64,000 nt of DNA from an uncultured Gemmatimonadaceae bacterium (GCA_963761305.1 CAVXGK010000001.1:320001-384000); one strand, 5' to 3'. Shown: positions 50,075-60,586, numbered from the stretch's first letter. The notes: generated by a model from the letters alone, not told the origin. Numbers and translations are program-made.

Positions 50075-50451
50075 TCATGGGACTACCGTAATAGTGGCCG
50101 CCGCGATCATATCGCCACCGATAACGTAGCGCGGCGTGACGACGGCCCGGCCGACCCGTAACCCGGTGATGCGGGCCTGAATCGAGTCAATCGGGCTCAC
50201 GGATACCACAGATGAATCCGAAATGAGCCAAAGGTACTGGCGCGGCGGCGGATGCTCAGGCTCGCCAACACAGAAGCCATAGGACTGACCTGCTAGTACG
50301 GCACGGAGGCTCCGACTCTGATGGTGGCGGTATCGGGAACCGTCTCAGCGACTCTCTCGAGGCCGGCGCACGTCGTGACCGAATCGTGGCATCCGGCGAA
50401 TGAGAACGCTAGAGCAACGAGACCAGCCGAGACGCACTCCGCAACTCTCAT
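50075..50451 (-). pseudogene. Ig-like (BIg2-like) lipoprotein split by a 1-nt deletion near 50302; absent from the ORF track
   Basis: MRVAE..FAGC..PDTATIRVGAS joins AVLAGQ..W..SDSSVVSV..ITGLRVG.A.VT..ITVVP; 377 nt is 378-1. Confidence 0.7.
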
Positions 50452-50811
50452 CTCCTTAGCAACTCCGATGTGCTCTCCGAGAGAGTTTAGGCAGCGACCC
50501 TACACGGCGAGATTGCGCGTTATGCTGCGAACCAATTGTCTGATAATCTCACCCGTCGCCTCGATGCACCGCGCCAAGCGATTGCGCAATGCGAGCTTCC
50601 AGCTGAAGCTCGCAACGACATGAGAGTATCATACTGCGAAACGCTCGCGGTATGACGCGCACCGGGGTCGGTTTGCGCGCCGAGTGACGCTCGAGGACCG
50701 GTGCAGCACTCAGACGCGGCAGTGGGTTACAAACCGGCCGCTGATCGGTGACTCATCGGTCGGTGGCCAAGTTGAGCTGACACCAGACCCACTCTCGCTT
50801 GCGGAGTACTC

Positions 50812-51576
50812 ATGCCTGTCCTCGTTCGCCGGCATTCCAATATCCGGTGCATTCTCGCGCTCATGCTGGCCGGCCTGGCTGGGTCGACCTGCGGAACGGA
50901 CATCACCGCCTCGACGACGACCGAGGCCATCCAGCTCACCGCCGCGCAGCTCGCCTCTCTGGACAGCACAGGGCAGGTGCTCGTCGAACACAATCCCGCG
51001 AGTCCCGAGCTCGAGGCGCTGCTCGATTCGACATTGCAAACGTTGACCGCTGGCGTGGAGGCCAAGCGCCTCGCCATCACGACGAACCTCACGAGCGCCC
51101 CGCTCTATTTCGTCGGCATCCACCGGCTTGTGTTCTACCCCATCTCCGGCAGCCTCGGCGGCAGCTTCTCGACCTGGACGCTCCTCGGCTTCGACGACCC
51201 ATCACACCTCGTGAACCTCGTCGAAGTGAGCGGGTTTGCGCATGCCGGGAGCGGTCCGGCTCCGGCTACCATCTCCGGCACAATCGGCGACGGCACCGGA
51301 TTCGTCAACGCACTGTTCCTCCGGGTCGGAACCGGCGGTGCGGTCACCGAGTGGCTCGCCAACGGCGGCACTGTGAGCTTCCGTTCCGATTCGTCGGCAA
51401 CGGGGGCCGCCTGCCCGGGCTTCACGCGTACGGCCGTCTCGTGTTCGATCGAGACGGTGCACGTGCACTTCAACGCGACAGCGGCGAGCGGTACCGGGGG
51501 AGCTGGCCCACGGCAGGCCACGATCTCGACGGACGTCGACGTGCCGACGATGCAGTTGACCTATTTGTACCCCTGA
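50812..51576 (+). CDS. hypothetical exported/lipoprotein
   Basis: hydrophobic signal with Cys, Ser/Thr/Gly-rich beta protein. Confidence 0.7.
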   Translation: MPVLVRRHSNIRCILALMLAGLAGSTCGTDITASTTTEAIQLTAAQLASLDSTGQVLVEHNPASPELEALLDSTLQTLTAGVEAKRLAITTNLTSAPLYFVGIHRLVFYPISGSLGGSFSTWTLLGFDDPSHLVNLVEVSGFAHAGSGPAPATISGTIGDGTGFVNALFLRVGTGGAVTEWLANGGTVSFRSDSSATGAACPGFTRTAVSCSIETVHVHFNATAASGTGGAGPRQATISTDVDVPTMQLTYLYP

Positions 51577-51719
51577 CGACCCGCCACGCGGCCCGATGCG
51601 CTCTGGCGCTACGCCGAGTTCGGAAAGGCAAACCCTGTGGCGACAACCAGGCGGAGCATCTGAAACGAGCAACCGGACCCGACCGCCGCGCTGCCGCGAG
51701 ATCGCCGCAGCCCCCTACG

Positions 51720-51869
51720 TCAGATCGGGCGTCGCCCTTGAATGACGCGAAGGAGCACCACGACGACGGCGATGACGAGCAGCAAGTGGATCAGCCCACC
51801 GCCAACGTGAAATGCCAGGAAGCCGAGCGCCCAAAGGACGACGAGTACTACAGCCAAGGCGTAAAGCAT
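51720..51869 (-). CDS. lmo0937-family (DUF5670) small membrane protein, 49 aa
   Basis: MLYALAVVLVVLWALGFLAFHVGGGLIHLLLVIAVVVVLLRVIQGRRPI; AAGGAG RBS. Confidence 0.9.
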   Translation of the reverse strand: MLYALAVVLVVLWALGFLAFHVGGGLIHLLLVIAVVVVLLRVIQGRRPI

Positions 51870-51907
51870 GGATTCAACTCCTTATGTCTCGAGTCGACGC
51901 ACCAAGG

Positions 51908-51923
51908 AGCAACAGTCGTACCG
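51908..51923 (-). promoter_or_regulatory. sigma54-like -24/-12 promoter
   Basis: CGGTACGACTGTTGCT compared with consensus TGGCACG-N4-TTGCW. Confidence 0.55.
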
Positions 51924-51999
51924 GACGAGCGCAGCCCTTGGTCGAGGGCTTCCAACGGACGTTCAGCCGTCGCATGAGCGTCCACTCCGAAACGGAGGC

Positions 52000-52843
52000 T
52001 CACCGACACCCCGCTACAGCAATCCTGCGAAAGACCTCCGTCCAAGGCGGAGCCGGGGTCGAACGCGTAAACGTGGCGCGCCACTCCCGCTCGAGAGTAG
52101 CGACGTGAACTCCGAGAATCCTCTCGATTTGGTCGTCGCGATCGGCCTGCCAGAGCGCCCGGAGCTGCGCCCTGCCGTAAACGCGCTCGATGTAGTCGAT
52201 GAGGCTCGCCGCTTCGATCGAATAAATCGCCCCGGTCTCCCAGCCAGCGTTGAAATGATGCCAGAGGGTATCGAGCGGGACGAGCCTGCCCTCCCGGCTC
52301 AGCTCCGCCGCGATTGCTCCCAGCTCCTGGCCGCCGCACTCACGCGTGATGAGCGTGCCGGTACCCTCGGCCATCCACATCAATGCCGGCGGTCCCCAGA
52401 GGCGGCCCGAGAGCAAGTGCATGACCTCATGCCGCAAGGGCGGAGTCATTGAATCATTCCCGACCATGAAGGACACGCCATGCGCTGGATCGGCCTCACC
52501 GAAGGCCAAGCCGCCGGCGAGCGGAGCGATTTCACTGTCGGTTCCGACGACGAAGAGTTGAAGCTTCGGGCCAGAGAATTTCTCGCCGAGAAATTCGAGC
52601 CCTTCCTGGACGGCCGCTTCCGCATCTCGCGGCAACTCGTGAGCAAGCGTCTCTGCGCGTGAGCCAGATAGTATGTAGAGATCCGAATGATCCGTCGATT
52701 GGCGGCGCCACCGATACCCAGGCCATGCGAGTGCCTCTGAAGCGCTCTTCATGCCGGTCGCGCGCTGTGGATTGCCGCGGTCGGACGTCGCGCGGTTTGC
52801 TAGAACAGCCAGCGATCACCATCAGGCATCCGACAACCAGCAT
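52000..52843 (-). pseudogene. gluzincin-like lipoprotein, paralog of 12320-13168, frameshifted near 52791
   Basis: IAGC lipobox in one frame; RHEVMH..WMAEG in another; shift lies in a CGCGCG run. Confidence 0.75.
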
Positions 52844-52859
52844 ACCGGCGCACTGGCGG

Positions 52860-52930
52860 CCGCTGATGTATTCGGCAAGGGCGCCGAGTTGATTGACGGC
52901 GTGCTCCGTCCAGCGGAGCTCGCGCCTCAC
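52860..52930 (-). pseudogene. truncated ParE/RelE toxin (first ~23 codons)
   Basis: MRRELRWTEHAVNQLGALAEYIS; GTGA overlap with the antitoxin stop. Confidence 0.7.
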
Positions 52931-53130
52931 GACGCGCGGCGCACCCGACTGCGAATTCGCGCCATGGCGTCCTCATGGGCGACCGTGCGTCCAGCGCTGG
53001 CGTCGGCGAGCCCGATCCCGATCGCCTGTCGGACGTAGACCTCGTACGCCAAATCGTCCCAGGTCGCCGACTCGGGCAGGCTCTCGACCAAAAGCCGGGC
53101 ATCGGCCTTGATATTGGGTTGATCAGCCAT
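52927..53130 (-). CDS. antitoxin-like small protein of ParE modules
   Basis: K..A..LVE.LP..ATWDD..YE.YVRQ.I..GLAD..AGR...HE. Confidence 0.8.
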   Translation of the reverse strand: MADQPNIKADARLLVESLPESATWDDLAYEVYVRQAIGIGLADASAGRTVAHEDAMARIRSRVRRAS

Positions 53131-53291
53131 AGTGGAAAGCTGGGTAGGCGCCGCAAGAGCCGCAATGCGACTCACTTTGTCCATTCACGTGTTCGTTGAA
53201 GAACGCCGCGACGAATGTCGCCGTTATTCGAAGTGCGCGGGCGGGTTGATAAGGACGAATGCAAAGCATTCGCAAATCCTCTGCATACATG

Positions 53292-53969
53292 TCAGACGCC
53301 TTCTTCAGCAGGCAGGGGCGCACCGGGACAACGAGACGGACAGCCCGGCCAGTCATTGCCGCGGTAACGCCCAAGCACCGTACCAATAAACACCACGGTT
53401 CGAAACAGGACGGCTTGGATCGGTCGCGGCATCAACAGCACTGCCTGCGTACGACGATGTCGTAGCACTAGGTGGGCCATGTAAAAAACCGGGGGTCGGC
53501 CGTTGGCGCCTGCGTTCATGACCTCGAAGACTGCCTGCAGATATCGGTCGAAATCCACAACAGGGCGTACATGGCCATGGAACTCGAGCGTGTCGTCGCC
53601 GTCATTCCACCAGCGATGCGCTGAACCGCGCGGCAGCGACACGGGCTCTCCTTGGCCGACCGTGATACGGCGCCCGTCGACGACCGCTGAGAGCGTGCCA
53701 GACCCGACGTGTCCATGCTCGTGCTCGTCAAAGTGAATATGTAGCGGGGGGCCCTCGCGGTGCGGGGGAAGCGTTCCCTCGAGCTCCAGCCACACCTCAT
53801 CACCATGTTTCACGCGCCGAAGCGCCAGCCGTTCGCCGCTGTGTCGGTTTTCCAGAACAAGACGTTGGCTGTCACGCTCACCGATAGCATTCTCCGGTCT
53901 TGACGATGACGAGCGCTCAATATGCGGCCGCGCCGCCGTCGCTTCCAGAGCACGCTTGGGATCTTGCAC
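53292..53969 (-). CDS. cupin domain protein
   Basis: GPPLHIH..E.E...V.SG.L, PRG.AHRWWN. Confidence 0.88.
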   Translation of the reverse strand: MQDPKRALEATAARPHIERSSSSRPENAIGERDSQRLVLENRHSGERLALRRVKHGDEVWLELEGTLPPHREGPPLHIHFDEHEHGHVGSGTLSAVVDGRRITVGQGEPVSLPRGSAHRWWNDGDDTLEFHGHVRPVVDFDRYLQAVFEVMNAGANGRPPVFYMAHLVLRHRRTQAVLLMPRPIQAVLFRTVVFIGTVLGRYRGNDWPGCPSRCPGAPLPAEEGV

Positions 53970-53980
53970 GACATTCGTGG

Positions 53981-54169
<189 letters not shown>

Positions 54170-54180
54170 AGCGCGTTGGC

Positions 54181-55206
54181 CTAGCGATCGAACTTGGCGA
54201 GAATCGGGGCGGTCTGCCCCGCAGCGATCATCTTGTTCAACGAATCCTCCTCGATGCCGGCCATTCGGCCCAGGACCGTCAGGGCAGCTTCGGCGTGCCC
54301 GATGTAGCGCCAGCGGGCCATCTCGAGGAGCGGCTCGAGGGCGTCGGCGCGAAGTTCTTCGAGCAACTTCGGCTCACGCGTCGTCGTGAGCGCCGCGAGG
54401 ACCAGCGAGGCCTTGTTGTGATCCAACCACGCTCCAGAACGCAGCAGCCGAATGAACGGCTGAGGCGGAATTCGACGAGCCAGGACCGGCTTCGCCGTTG
54501 CCAGGACCTCCAAGGCGCGTACGGCGTTGTTGCGAACCCCGTCATCCGGGTCGAGGCTGGCGTGAACCAGGGCGTCGATCTGCCCGTCGGATTGGCGCCC
54601 GTACCCCAGCATTTGCGCGGCGATGGCGCGATGGTCGCCGTCGGAGGAGGATGCCAGGACTTTGAGCACGAGATCCTCATGCCGCAGCGCGTAATCTCGA
54701 AGCGCCAGTTCCGTCGTGCGGGCCTTGGGATCGTTCGTGAGGGTGTAACCGGCTGAATCCTCCTCGGTCGCGTGCCCGTTCATGACCGCGTTGTTCCAGG
54801 CCTCATCCATCGCCTCGCTCAGCTTGACGGCGTCCTTTGGGAGCCGGACGTCGCCCGCCGGGACAGGATTGAACGCGAGCGCCTCGTACGAGGCGCCCGG
54901 CAACCCGATGTACACCAGGTAGTCCTGTTTGGCGTCGCAGCAGATGAATGCCACGTCCGTCGGCTCGCGGCCGCTGACTCGCTTGATCGCGGCGGCCACC
55001 TGCTTCTTCAGCTGATCCGAGTGGACCTTCGGCGGCGGAAAGCTGTCTCCCGGCTGGAACGGCAACGCGGCTCGGATCGCGGCGACGTCAAGCCCTTTGT
55101 AGCCAAAGAAATCGACCGCGGCCAAGGGTCGTCGGTCGGGCCCGCGGACGGCCGCAACACCCGCCGAGAGTACGACCGCTATCGAGATACCAGTGAGCAG
55201 CTTCAC
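54181..55206 (-). CDS. exported HEAT-repeat protein
   Basis: signal peptide; HRAIAAQMLG, DPDDGVRNNAVRAL. Confidence 0.8.
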   Translation of the reverse strand: MKLLTGISIAVVLSAGVAAVRGPDRRPLAAVDFFGYKGLDVAAIRAALPFQPGDSFPPPKVHSDQLKKQVAAAIKRVSGREPTDVAFICCDAKQDYLVYIGLPGASYEALAFNPVPAGDVRLPKDAVKLSEAMDEAWNNAVMNGHATEEDSAGYTLTNDPKARTTELALRDYALRHEDLVLKVLASSSDGDHRAIAAQMLGYGRQSDGQIDALVHASLDPDDGVRNNAVRALEVLATAKPVLARRIPPQPFIRLLRSGAWLDHNKASLVLAALTTTREPKLLEELRADALEPLLEMARWRYIGHAEAALTVLGRMAGIEEDSLNKMIAAGQTAPILAKFDR

Positions 55207-55390
55207 GTGGCGACTCCGCGAAGGAGATCTTCAACAATTGTAACTGGTGATCCGATAGAGCGGCTGAAGGCCTTCGCCCCCACGGCTCGCCTGACCGGGC
55301 CACCCCAGGCGATCTTTCGCGGTCACGACCACCTCGACGACGAGGAGCCTACACAAGTACAAGCGTTCTTACTGTGCATGAGGAGGGTCC

Positions 55391-55756
55391 ATGAATCTCC
55401 TGCTCGTCGCCTGGCTCCTCGCCTACTCGGCGCCTGCGCCTAGCGACGCGCCGACGCGCCTTTGCCCGGACTCGACCACTTTTTTTGAGTTTCAAGTCGG
55501 CGTGCGTGCTCGTTGGATCGCGGATACGGCGCTTGCCGTTCACCCCCTTCCCGCGACCGGCAGCCCGCGGAACCTGGTCCAGTTCGTGGTGGACACCGCG
55601 GGCGCTCCGGTAACCCGCACCTTCCACGCGCTCAAGGTGAGCGATCCCGATCTCGTCGCCGAGGCACGACGGTCGCTCGCGCAATGGCGCTTCACCCCTG
55701 CGGTCCTCGACGGGTGTAACGTCCGGCAACTCATTCAGACCCCTATCGGCCGCTAA
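55391..55756 (+). CDS. TonB C-terminal domain protein
   Basis: VQFVVDTAG, A...L..WRFTPA..G..VRQ. Confidence 0.8.
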   Translation: MNLLLVAWLLAYSAPAPSDAPTRLCPDSTTFFEFQVGVRARWIADTALAVHPLPATGSPRNLVQFVVDTAGAPVTRTFHALKVSDPDLVAEARRSLAQWRFTPAVLDGCNVRQLIQTPIGR

Positions 55757-55779
55757 GGCCGGCGGCCACGGACGTAACA

Positions 55780-56328
55780 ATGCGACCCCTTCGCTATTCG
55801 ATCAACGTCACGCTGGACGGCTGCTGCGATCACCGTGACGGGATCGTCGACGAAGATGGGTTTCGTCACGCGGCCGAGAACCTCGACCGGGCCGATGCCC
55901 TGCTCTTTGGCCGGGTGACCTACGAAATGATGGAAGCAGCGTGGCGGGGGCCGGCGCCGGCGGGAGTGGGGGCTGAGTGGATGAAACCCTTCGCCCGCAC
56001 GATCGACGCGGCAAAGAAGTACGTCGTGTCGAACACCCTCGACCGGGTCGATTGGAACGCGGAGCTCGTGCGCGGCGATCTCGCGCAGGCCGTTCAGCAG
56101 CTCAAGTCGGAGTCGGGTAAGGGACTGTTCGTGGGAGGCGTGAAGCTGCCGCTGGCGTTGGCGGAACTGGGATTAATCGATGAGTACGAGTTCGTGGTGC
56201 AGCCCAGGCTAGCGGGTCACGGCCCGACGTTGTTCGCGGGACTGTCGAAGCGTATCGACTTGAAGCTCGTGAGCCGGCTGGAGTTCAACTCAGGGGCCGT
56301 GGCGATGCGGTACGAGCCGAGCAGGTAG
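55780..56328 (+). CDS. dihydrofolate reductase-like (RibD_C) protein
   Basis: INVTLDG, LFGRVTYEMM, KYVVS.TL, GLIDEY..V.P.LAG.GPTLF. Confidence 0.93.
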   Translation: MRPLRYSINVTLDGCCDHRDGIVDEDGFRHAAENLDRADALLFGRVTYEMMEAAWRGPAPAGVGAEWMKPFARTIDAAKKYVVSNTLDRVDWNAELVRGDLAQAVQQLKSESGKGLFVGGVKLPLALAELGLIDEYEFVVQPRLAGHGPTLFAGLSKRIDLKLVSRLEFNSGAVAMRYEPSR

Positions 56329-56335
56329 CGCCCAA

Positions 56336-56367
56336 GCGCAGCGACCGCGGGTGTTCGGTCGCTGCGC
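56336..56367. terminator. 12-bp hairpin between convergent genes
   Basis: GCGCAGCGACCG-N8-CGGTCGCTGCGC; no U-tract. Confidence 0.6.
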
Positions 56368-56436
56368 CAAGAGATTGTCGATGTGGATCATCCGCCCGAA
56401 TTGAACAGACGCCAGGAATTGCGAAGCGATTCCGCG

Positions 56437-57645
56437 TTACGGCTTTTTCGGTACGGCGCCCGGCTTGAACAGGTCCGAGAGATCGTTGGCGCTTGCCGCA
56501 TCACCGAGAAGCGGCCCGACCCGGAAGATCTCCTGCATCGTGCGCAAATCCGACGAATGCGTGTAGAAGACGGAACTGGCGTACGGAAGGCCCTCGACGT
56601 TGTCGTGCGCGCGAGGAGAGATGACGATCTCGGCGATGGTGTGATCGAGGTCGTCGGGATTGTCGCCAGTCGCGTCCTGTTCGGATTCATCGAACCAGAT
56701 GATGATCGCGCCGTGGTTCTGGTACGCGTTCGAGGCCATGATGGCCGGGATGATCTGACCGAGGAAGTCGTCGCCCTGCTTGATGTTGGCCGCATCGCCG
56801 GTGAGACCCTTGTAGCCGCCGGTGAGCGCGGTGTGCATGTCGTTGAACTGGTTGGGCGTGATCCAGTTGTAGTCCGCCACGCGATCGTCGTCGAGATCGG
56901 TGAACAACTGCTGCAGCGGCGCGTAATTATGCGACAGCGGATTCGCAGTCGACGGGTCGTCGCCGCCGTTCGTGTCGGTGAAGAACACCTGCGGATTGTG
57001 CTTGGCGGCGTAGTTGAACTGGTTGGCCAGGTTGAACTCGTTGACGAAGCCCGCGGCGAACTTCCCGCTGAAGCTGCTGAGAGGAACGGTCCAGAAATCC
57101 GGCGGGAGTGGCACGTTGGTGAGCTGCGCGGAGGTATTTGTCGCGAGATCGATATCCTCCTGATACGATCGCCACGTCCGTCCAGCGGCCATCAGCAAAG
57201 CGCTCAAGTGCTTGTCGGTGGTCTGGTTGGACGGGCTCTTGGCGGCGAATGGATCGTTGTCGTTCAACACGCCGAAATTGGTGCCCGCTTCCGCCCAGAG
57301 GTAGTTCGGCTCGGACGGATGGATGTGCGGATTGTTGCCGCCGAGCGTGGCCAGGACGTTGTGGTAGTTCGTGGCGTACGCGACCTGTTCACTGACGTGA
57401 ACCAGGGAGCCGTTGATGACTGCGAACGCCGAGCCGTCGACGAGACTGTTGATGTACGGCGCGTTGGGATTCTGAAAGATCTGCTGGATCGAACCGGTGA
57501 ACTGATTCGCCGGCTGCGTCCAATTGTGATTCTCCATCGCGATCACGAAAACGGTCTTGATCTGTTGCGCGCCCGCGCGTGTGTTGCCCACGCTGGCGAC
57601 AAGGGCACACGCGCCGAGCGTGCCGAACCATCTGCCATGCGACAT
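56437..57645 (-). CDS. secreted phosphoesterase (AcpA/phospholipase C family)
   Basis: VFVIAMENH, HPSEPNY, YAAKHNP, ITPN..NDMH, WFDE, YTHSS.LRT. Confidence 0.9.
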   Translation of the reverse strand: MSHGRWFGTLGACALVASVGNTRAGAQQIKTVFVIAMENHNWTQPANQFTGSIQQIFQNPNAPYINSLVDGSAFAVINGSLVHVSEQVAYATNYHNVLATLGGNNPHIHPSEPNYLWAEAGTNFGVLNDNDPFAAKSPSNQTTDKHLSALLMAAGRTWRSYQEDIDLATNTSAQLTNVPLPPDFWTVPLSSFSGKFAAGFVNEFNLANQFNYAAKHNPQVFFTDTNGGDDPSTANPLSHNYAPLQQLFTDLDDDRVADYNWITPNQFNDMHTALTGGYKGLTGDAANIKQGDDFLGQIIPAIMASNAYQNHGAIIIWFDESEQDATGDNPDDLDHTIAEIVISPRAHDNVEGLPYASSVFYTHSSDLRTMQEIFRVGPLLGDAASANDLSDLFKPGAVPKKP

Positions 57646-57826
57646 CGATTCCTCCGCGTTGAACTGATTGAAACGCCGAATAGAGATCCGAGGCCGCAGA
57701 ATCGCGCGTCCATCCTCCTTTCCAACTTCCGTTCGGTCACGACAATGAAACGCAACGCCGATTTTCTCGGCGGCGTGTGCGCGCGCTCACAAAGCGGCGC
57801 TCGGTTCGGCCCTTGAACCCCTTGGC

Positions 57827-59803
57827 TCAGACTGGACTGAGAGGCGCCAGGGGCGACGCGAGAGCGACAAGCAGCTCATCGACGTCGACCGGCTTCACCA
57901 GATGGAGCGCGAAACCCGAGGCCTTGCTGCGCTGTCGATCGTGCGGCTGACCGTAGCCGCTAAGCGCAATGAGCACGGGCGCCGCGTCGGCGAGCCGGGT
58001 GCGAAGCTCACGGGCAAGCATGTAGCCGTCTATGGTCGGCAGGCCGATGTCGAGAATCGCGATCTGCGGACGAAAGGCGTCCGCCAGCGCGATCGCGTCG
58101 AACGCATTCCCGACAGCGCGAACGTCGTAGCCGAGCGCGGAGAGCAATCGCGACAGCCCTTCGACGACGTCGCGATGATCGTCGACGAGAAGGACGCGAG
58201 TGCCGGCGGCCGTCGAATCTTGCCGACCGTCGTGAGAATTCGTGGGTCGGATCGATCCATTCGTGGCGGTGACCGCGTACGGCAACCGAATGCTGAACTC
58301 GCTGCCCTGCCCTGGTCCCTCGCTGCGCGCCGTCGCCGTTCCGCCGTGGAGCTCTGTGAGCGTTCGTACGAGGGACAGCCCAATCCCCAGCCCACCTTCG
58401 GCCCGGTCGGGGCCGCGCGCACCCTGAACGAAGGTCTCGAAGAGGTCCGGCAATAACGTCGGGTCGATCCCGACTCCCGAGTCGCGGACGCGAAGCACGA
58501 CCGAGTGGTCCTCGCGCACACCCGTGACCGAGACGACGCCGCCGGGCGGCGTGTAGCGCGCCGCGTTCGACAGGAGATTGTCGACGACTTGCGTCAGTCG
58601 CACGGCGTCGCCCACGACTTCGAGGCCGGTCGCGGGCACTAAGACGTCGAGGCGATGACCGCGTTCTTCGAACAGCGCCGAGGTCGCTTCGACCGCCCGA
58701 GACACCACCGTGGCGAGGTTGAGCTGCGTCTTGGAGAGCGTCACCGCGCCGTGGGCGACGCGCGAGATGTCCAGGAGATCGTCCACCAGGCGCACGAGAT
58801 GCTTGACCTGGCGGACGATCACGTCGACGTCCTGACGCGCCTCCGCGTCCACCCGTCGTTCGAGGAGCCGAGCGGACGTGAGGATCGGAGTCAACGGGTT
58901 GCGCAGCTCGTGCGAGAGGAGCGCGAGGAACTCGTCCTTTCGACGATCGGCTCTGCGGAGCGCGTCCTCGATCGCGCGCTGGCCGGTCACGTTCGTCACC
59001 GCGTTGACCAGGTATGGCACGCCGTCGATCTCGCATCGCGCACTGGAAAAAACGACTCGGACGATTCGCCCGTCCTTGGTGCGCTTCGAGACTTCCAGAC
59101 TTCGCTGCGACCCCGCGGCACTGCCCAACGATTCCACGAACGCCGCTCGTTCGCCGGGTGACCAGAGTCCAAGCTCGAGGGACGTCTTGCCGATCATCTC
59201 TTCGCGCGAGAAGCCAAAGAGCTCGGCGAGCGCGTCGTTGATAGTGAGAAATCGTCCGTCCGCCTCGCGCGTGATGGCCAACGGCTGCGGACTCAGTTGG
59301 AAGACCGTTTCGAATATCCGCTCCGACGCTCGTACCGCGTCCTCCGCGGCGCGCCGCTCGTGGATGTCGAACGCCGCGCCGAGCCAGCGAACGACGTCGC
59401 CGTGCGTGTCTCGTACGGGCGCGACGCGCGCGAGATGCCACCGATGCTCCCCGCGCGTGTTGCGAATCCGCGACTCGATCTCGGTCGGCTCGCACGTCTC
59501 GAGGGCGCGTCTCCAGCGGCGCACCAACTCTTCTCGATCGTCCGGGTGTGTCGCCTCGAGTGCGAACGGCGCGCTCCGCGTTTCGCGTTCGCTCAAGCCC
59601 GTAAGATCGAACCAGCGATCGTTGACCCACTCGAGGTGTCCGCGGGCATCGCTGGTCCAGACGATTTGGGGCAGCCCGTTGGCCAGCGCGCGCTCAGCGG
59701 TGTCGCTGGGCGGGCGCGAGGTGAGCTCGTCGTGGTCCCTGCGTCGGGTCAATGACGACACGTGGGGCGAGTCGGGGGAAGTTCGCCGGAAAATGGGCCC
59801 CAC
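57827..59803 (-). CDS. hybrid PAS-PAS histidine kinase-receiver
   Basis: HPDD, KDEFLALLSHELRNPL, GGLGIGL, LDIGLP, HLVKPVD; start uncertain. Confidence 0.95.
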   Translation of the reverse strand: MGPIFRRTSPDSPHVSSLTRRRDHDELTSRPPSDTAERALANGLPQIVWTSDARGHLEWVNDRWFDLTGLSERETRSAPFALEATHPDDREELVRRWRRALETCEPTEIESRIRNTRGEHRWHLARVAPVRDTHGDVVRWLGAAFDIHERRAAEDAVRASERIFETVFQLSPQPLAITREADGRFLTINDALAELFGFSREEMIGKTSLELGLWSPGERAAFVESLGSAAGSQRSLEVSKRTKDGRIVRVVFSSARCEIDGVPYLVNAVTNVTGQRAIEDALRRADRRKDEFLALLSHELRNPLTPILTSARLLERRVDAEARQDVDVIVRQVKHLVRLVDDLLDISRVAHGAVTLSKTQLNLATVVSRAVEATSALFEERGHRLDVLVPATGLEVVGDAVRLTQVVDNLLSNAARYTPPGGVVSVTGVREDHSVVLRVRDSGVGIDPTLLPDLFETFVQGARGPDRAEGGLGIGLSLVRTLTELHGGTATARSEGPGQGSEFSIRLPYAVTATNGSIRPTNSHDGRQDSTAAGTRVLLVDDHRDVVEGLSRLLSALGYDVRAVGNAFDAIALADAFRPQIAILDIGLPTIDGYMLARELRTRLADAAPVLIALSGYGQPHDRQRSKASGFALHLVKPVDVDELLVALASPLAPLSPV

Positions 59804-59900
59804 CCGCCATGGACGCCAGCAAAGAGTGTCTACCGCCGAGGCCGGTGACGCGCGACGTGCGGGGTACGTGCGCGCAGCGCGTGCGCCCAGCGGATCGATG

Positions 59901-60497
59901 CTATCGTCGGCTCGCCGGCGGGATGACTCCGTTCATCCGCAGATACACCACCATCTGTCCGTAGTGATCGTACGAGTGAATGAGCGCCTCGGCGATCAGC
60001 GACAGGCGTGTCGCCGTTCCGCCCTGAAACGGAGAGATCGGCGATGGGTGCACCGGGATTCTTCCGTCGCCGATCGCGTCGATCGCCTTCGCCAGCGCGT
60101 CGAACGATCGTTCGAGATACGCGATGTGCTGCGTCTTCGTGACGACGCTGTCCGGCCCCTGCTCGTCGCCGGCGTCCGCCGGCGGTGATTCGCCGAGCGC
60201 CGCCGCGGCCAGGATGTAGTTCGTCGCCGCGAGGTGTTTGATTTCGCGGCCGAACGTACGCACGTTGCTGAACTCCCCGCCCGTGGGCGCGAACCCGAAC
60301 TTGTCGGCCGGCATGGCCTCCGCCGCCTCGACGATGTTTCTCCGAACGGCACCGGTCAGCAGCAAGCGGAAGTTCGCCCGCTCGCGGGCCATTGTCGTGT
60401 CGGCGAGTGTCGTGCGGACAGCGTGCGGTTGCGCGTCGACGTTGTGTGGCGCGAGGCCGATGGCGATGGCCAGCACGGCAATGGAGCGCGTTTTCAT
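59901..60497 (-). CDS. exported DinB-family protein
   Basis: AEAMP.DK..F.P, VRTF...KH.A..N, H..DHYGQ.VVYLRMNG..PP. Confidence 0.92.
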   Translation of the reverse strand: MKTRSIAVLAIAIGLAPHNVDAQPHAVRTTLADTTMARERANFRLLLTGAVRRNIVEAAEAMPADKFGFAPTGGEFSNVRTFGREIKHLAATNYILAAAALGESPPADAGDEQGPDSVVTKTQHIAYLERSFDALAKAIDAIGDGRIPVHPSPISPFQGGTATRLSLIAEALIHSYDHYGQMVVYLRMNGVIPPASRR

Positions 60498-60543
60498 TGA
60501 CGGTCTACTCCCTGCGGCAGTTGGCGGTGCGGTGAACGGCTGC

Positions 60544-60574
60544 ACGCTACCGCCTGAACCGCGGTTCAAGTCAA
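60544..60574 (-). promoter_or_regulatory. MerR-type promoter for the DinB gene
   Basis: TTGACT-19 bp-TAGCGT with perfect palindrome TGAACCGCGGTTCA in the spacer. Confidence 0.85.
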
Positions 60575-60586
60575 GGTCCGCGATTC

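Noticed and set aside
56383..57816. 477-aa + strand ORF
   Set aside because: Antisense shadow of the phosphoesterase
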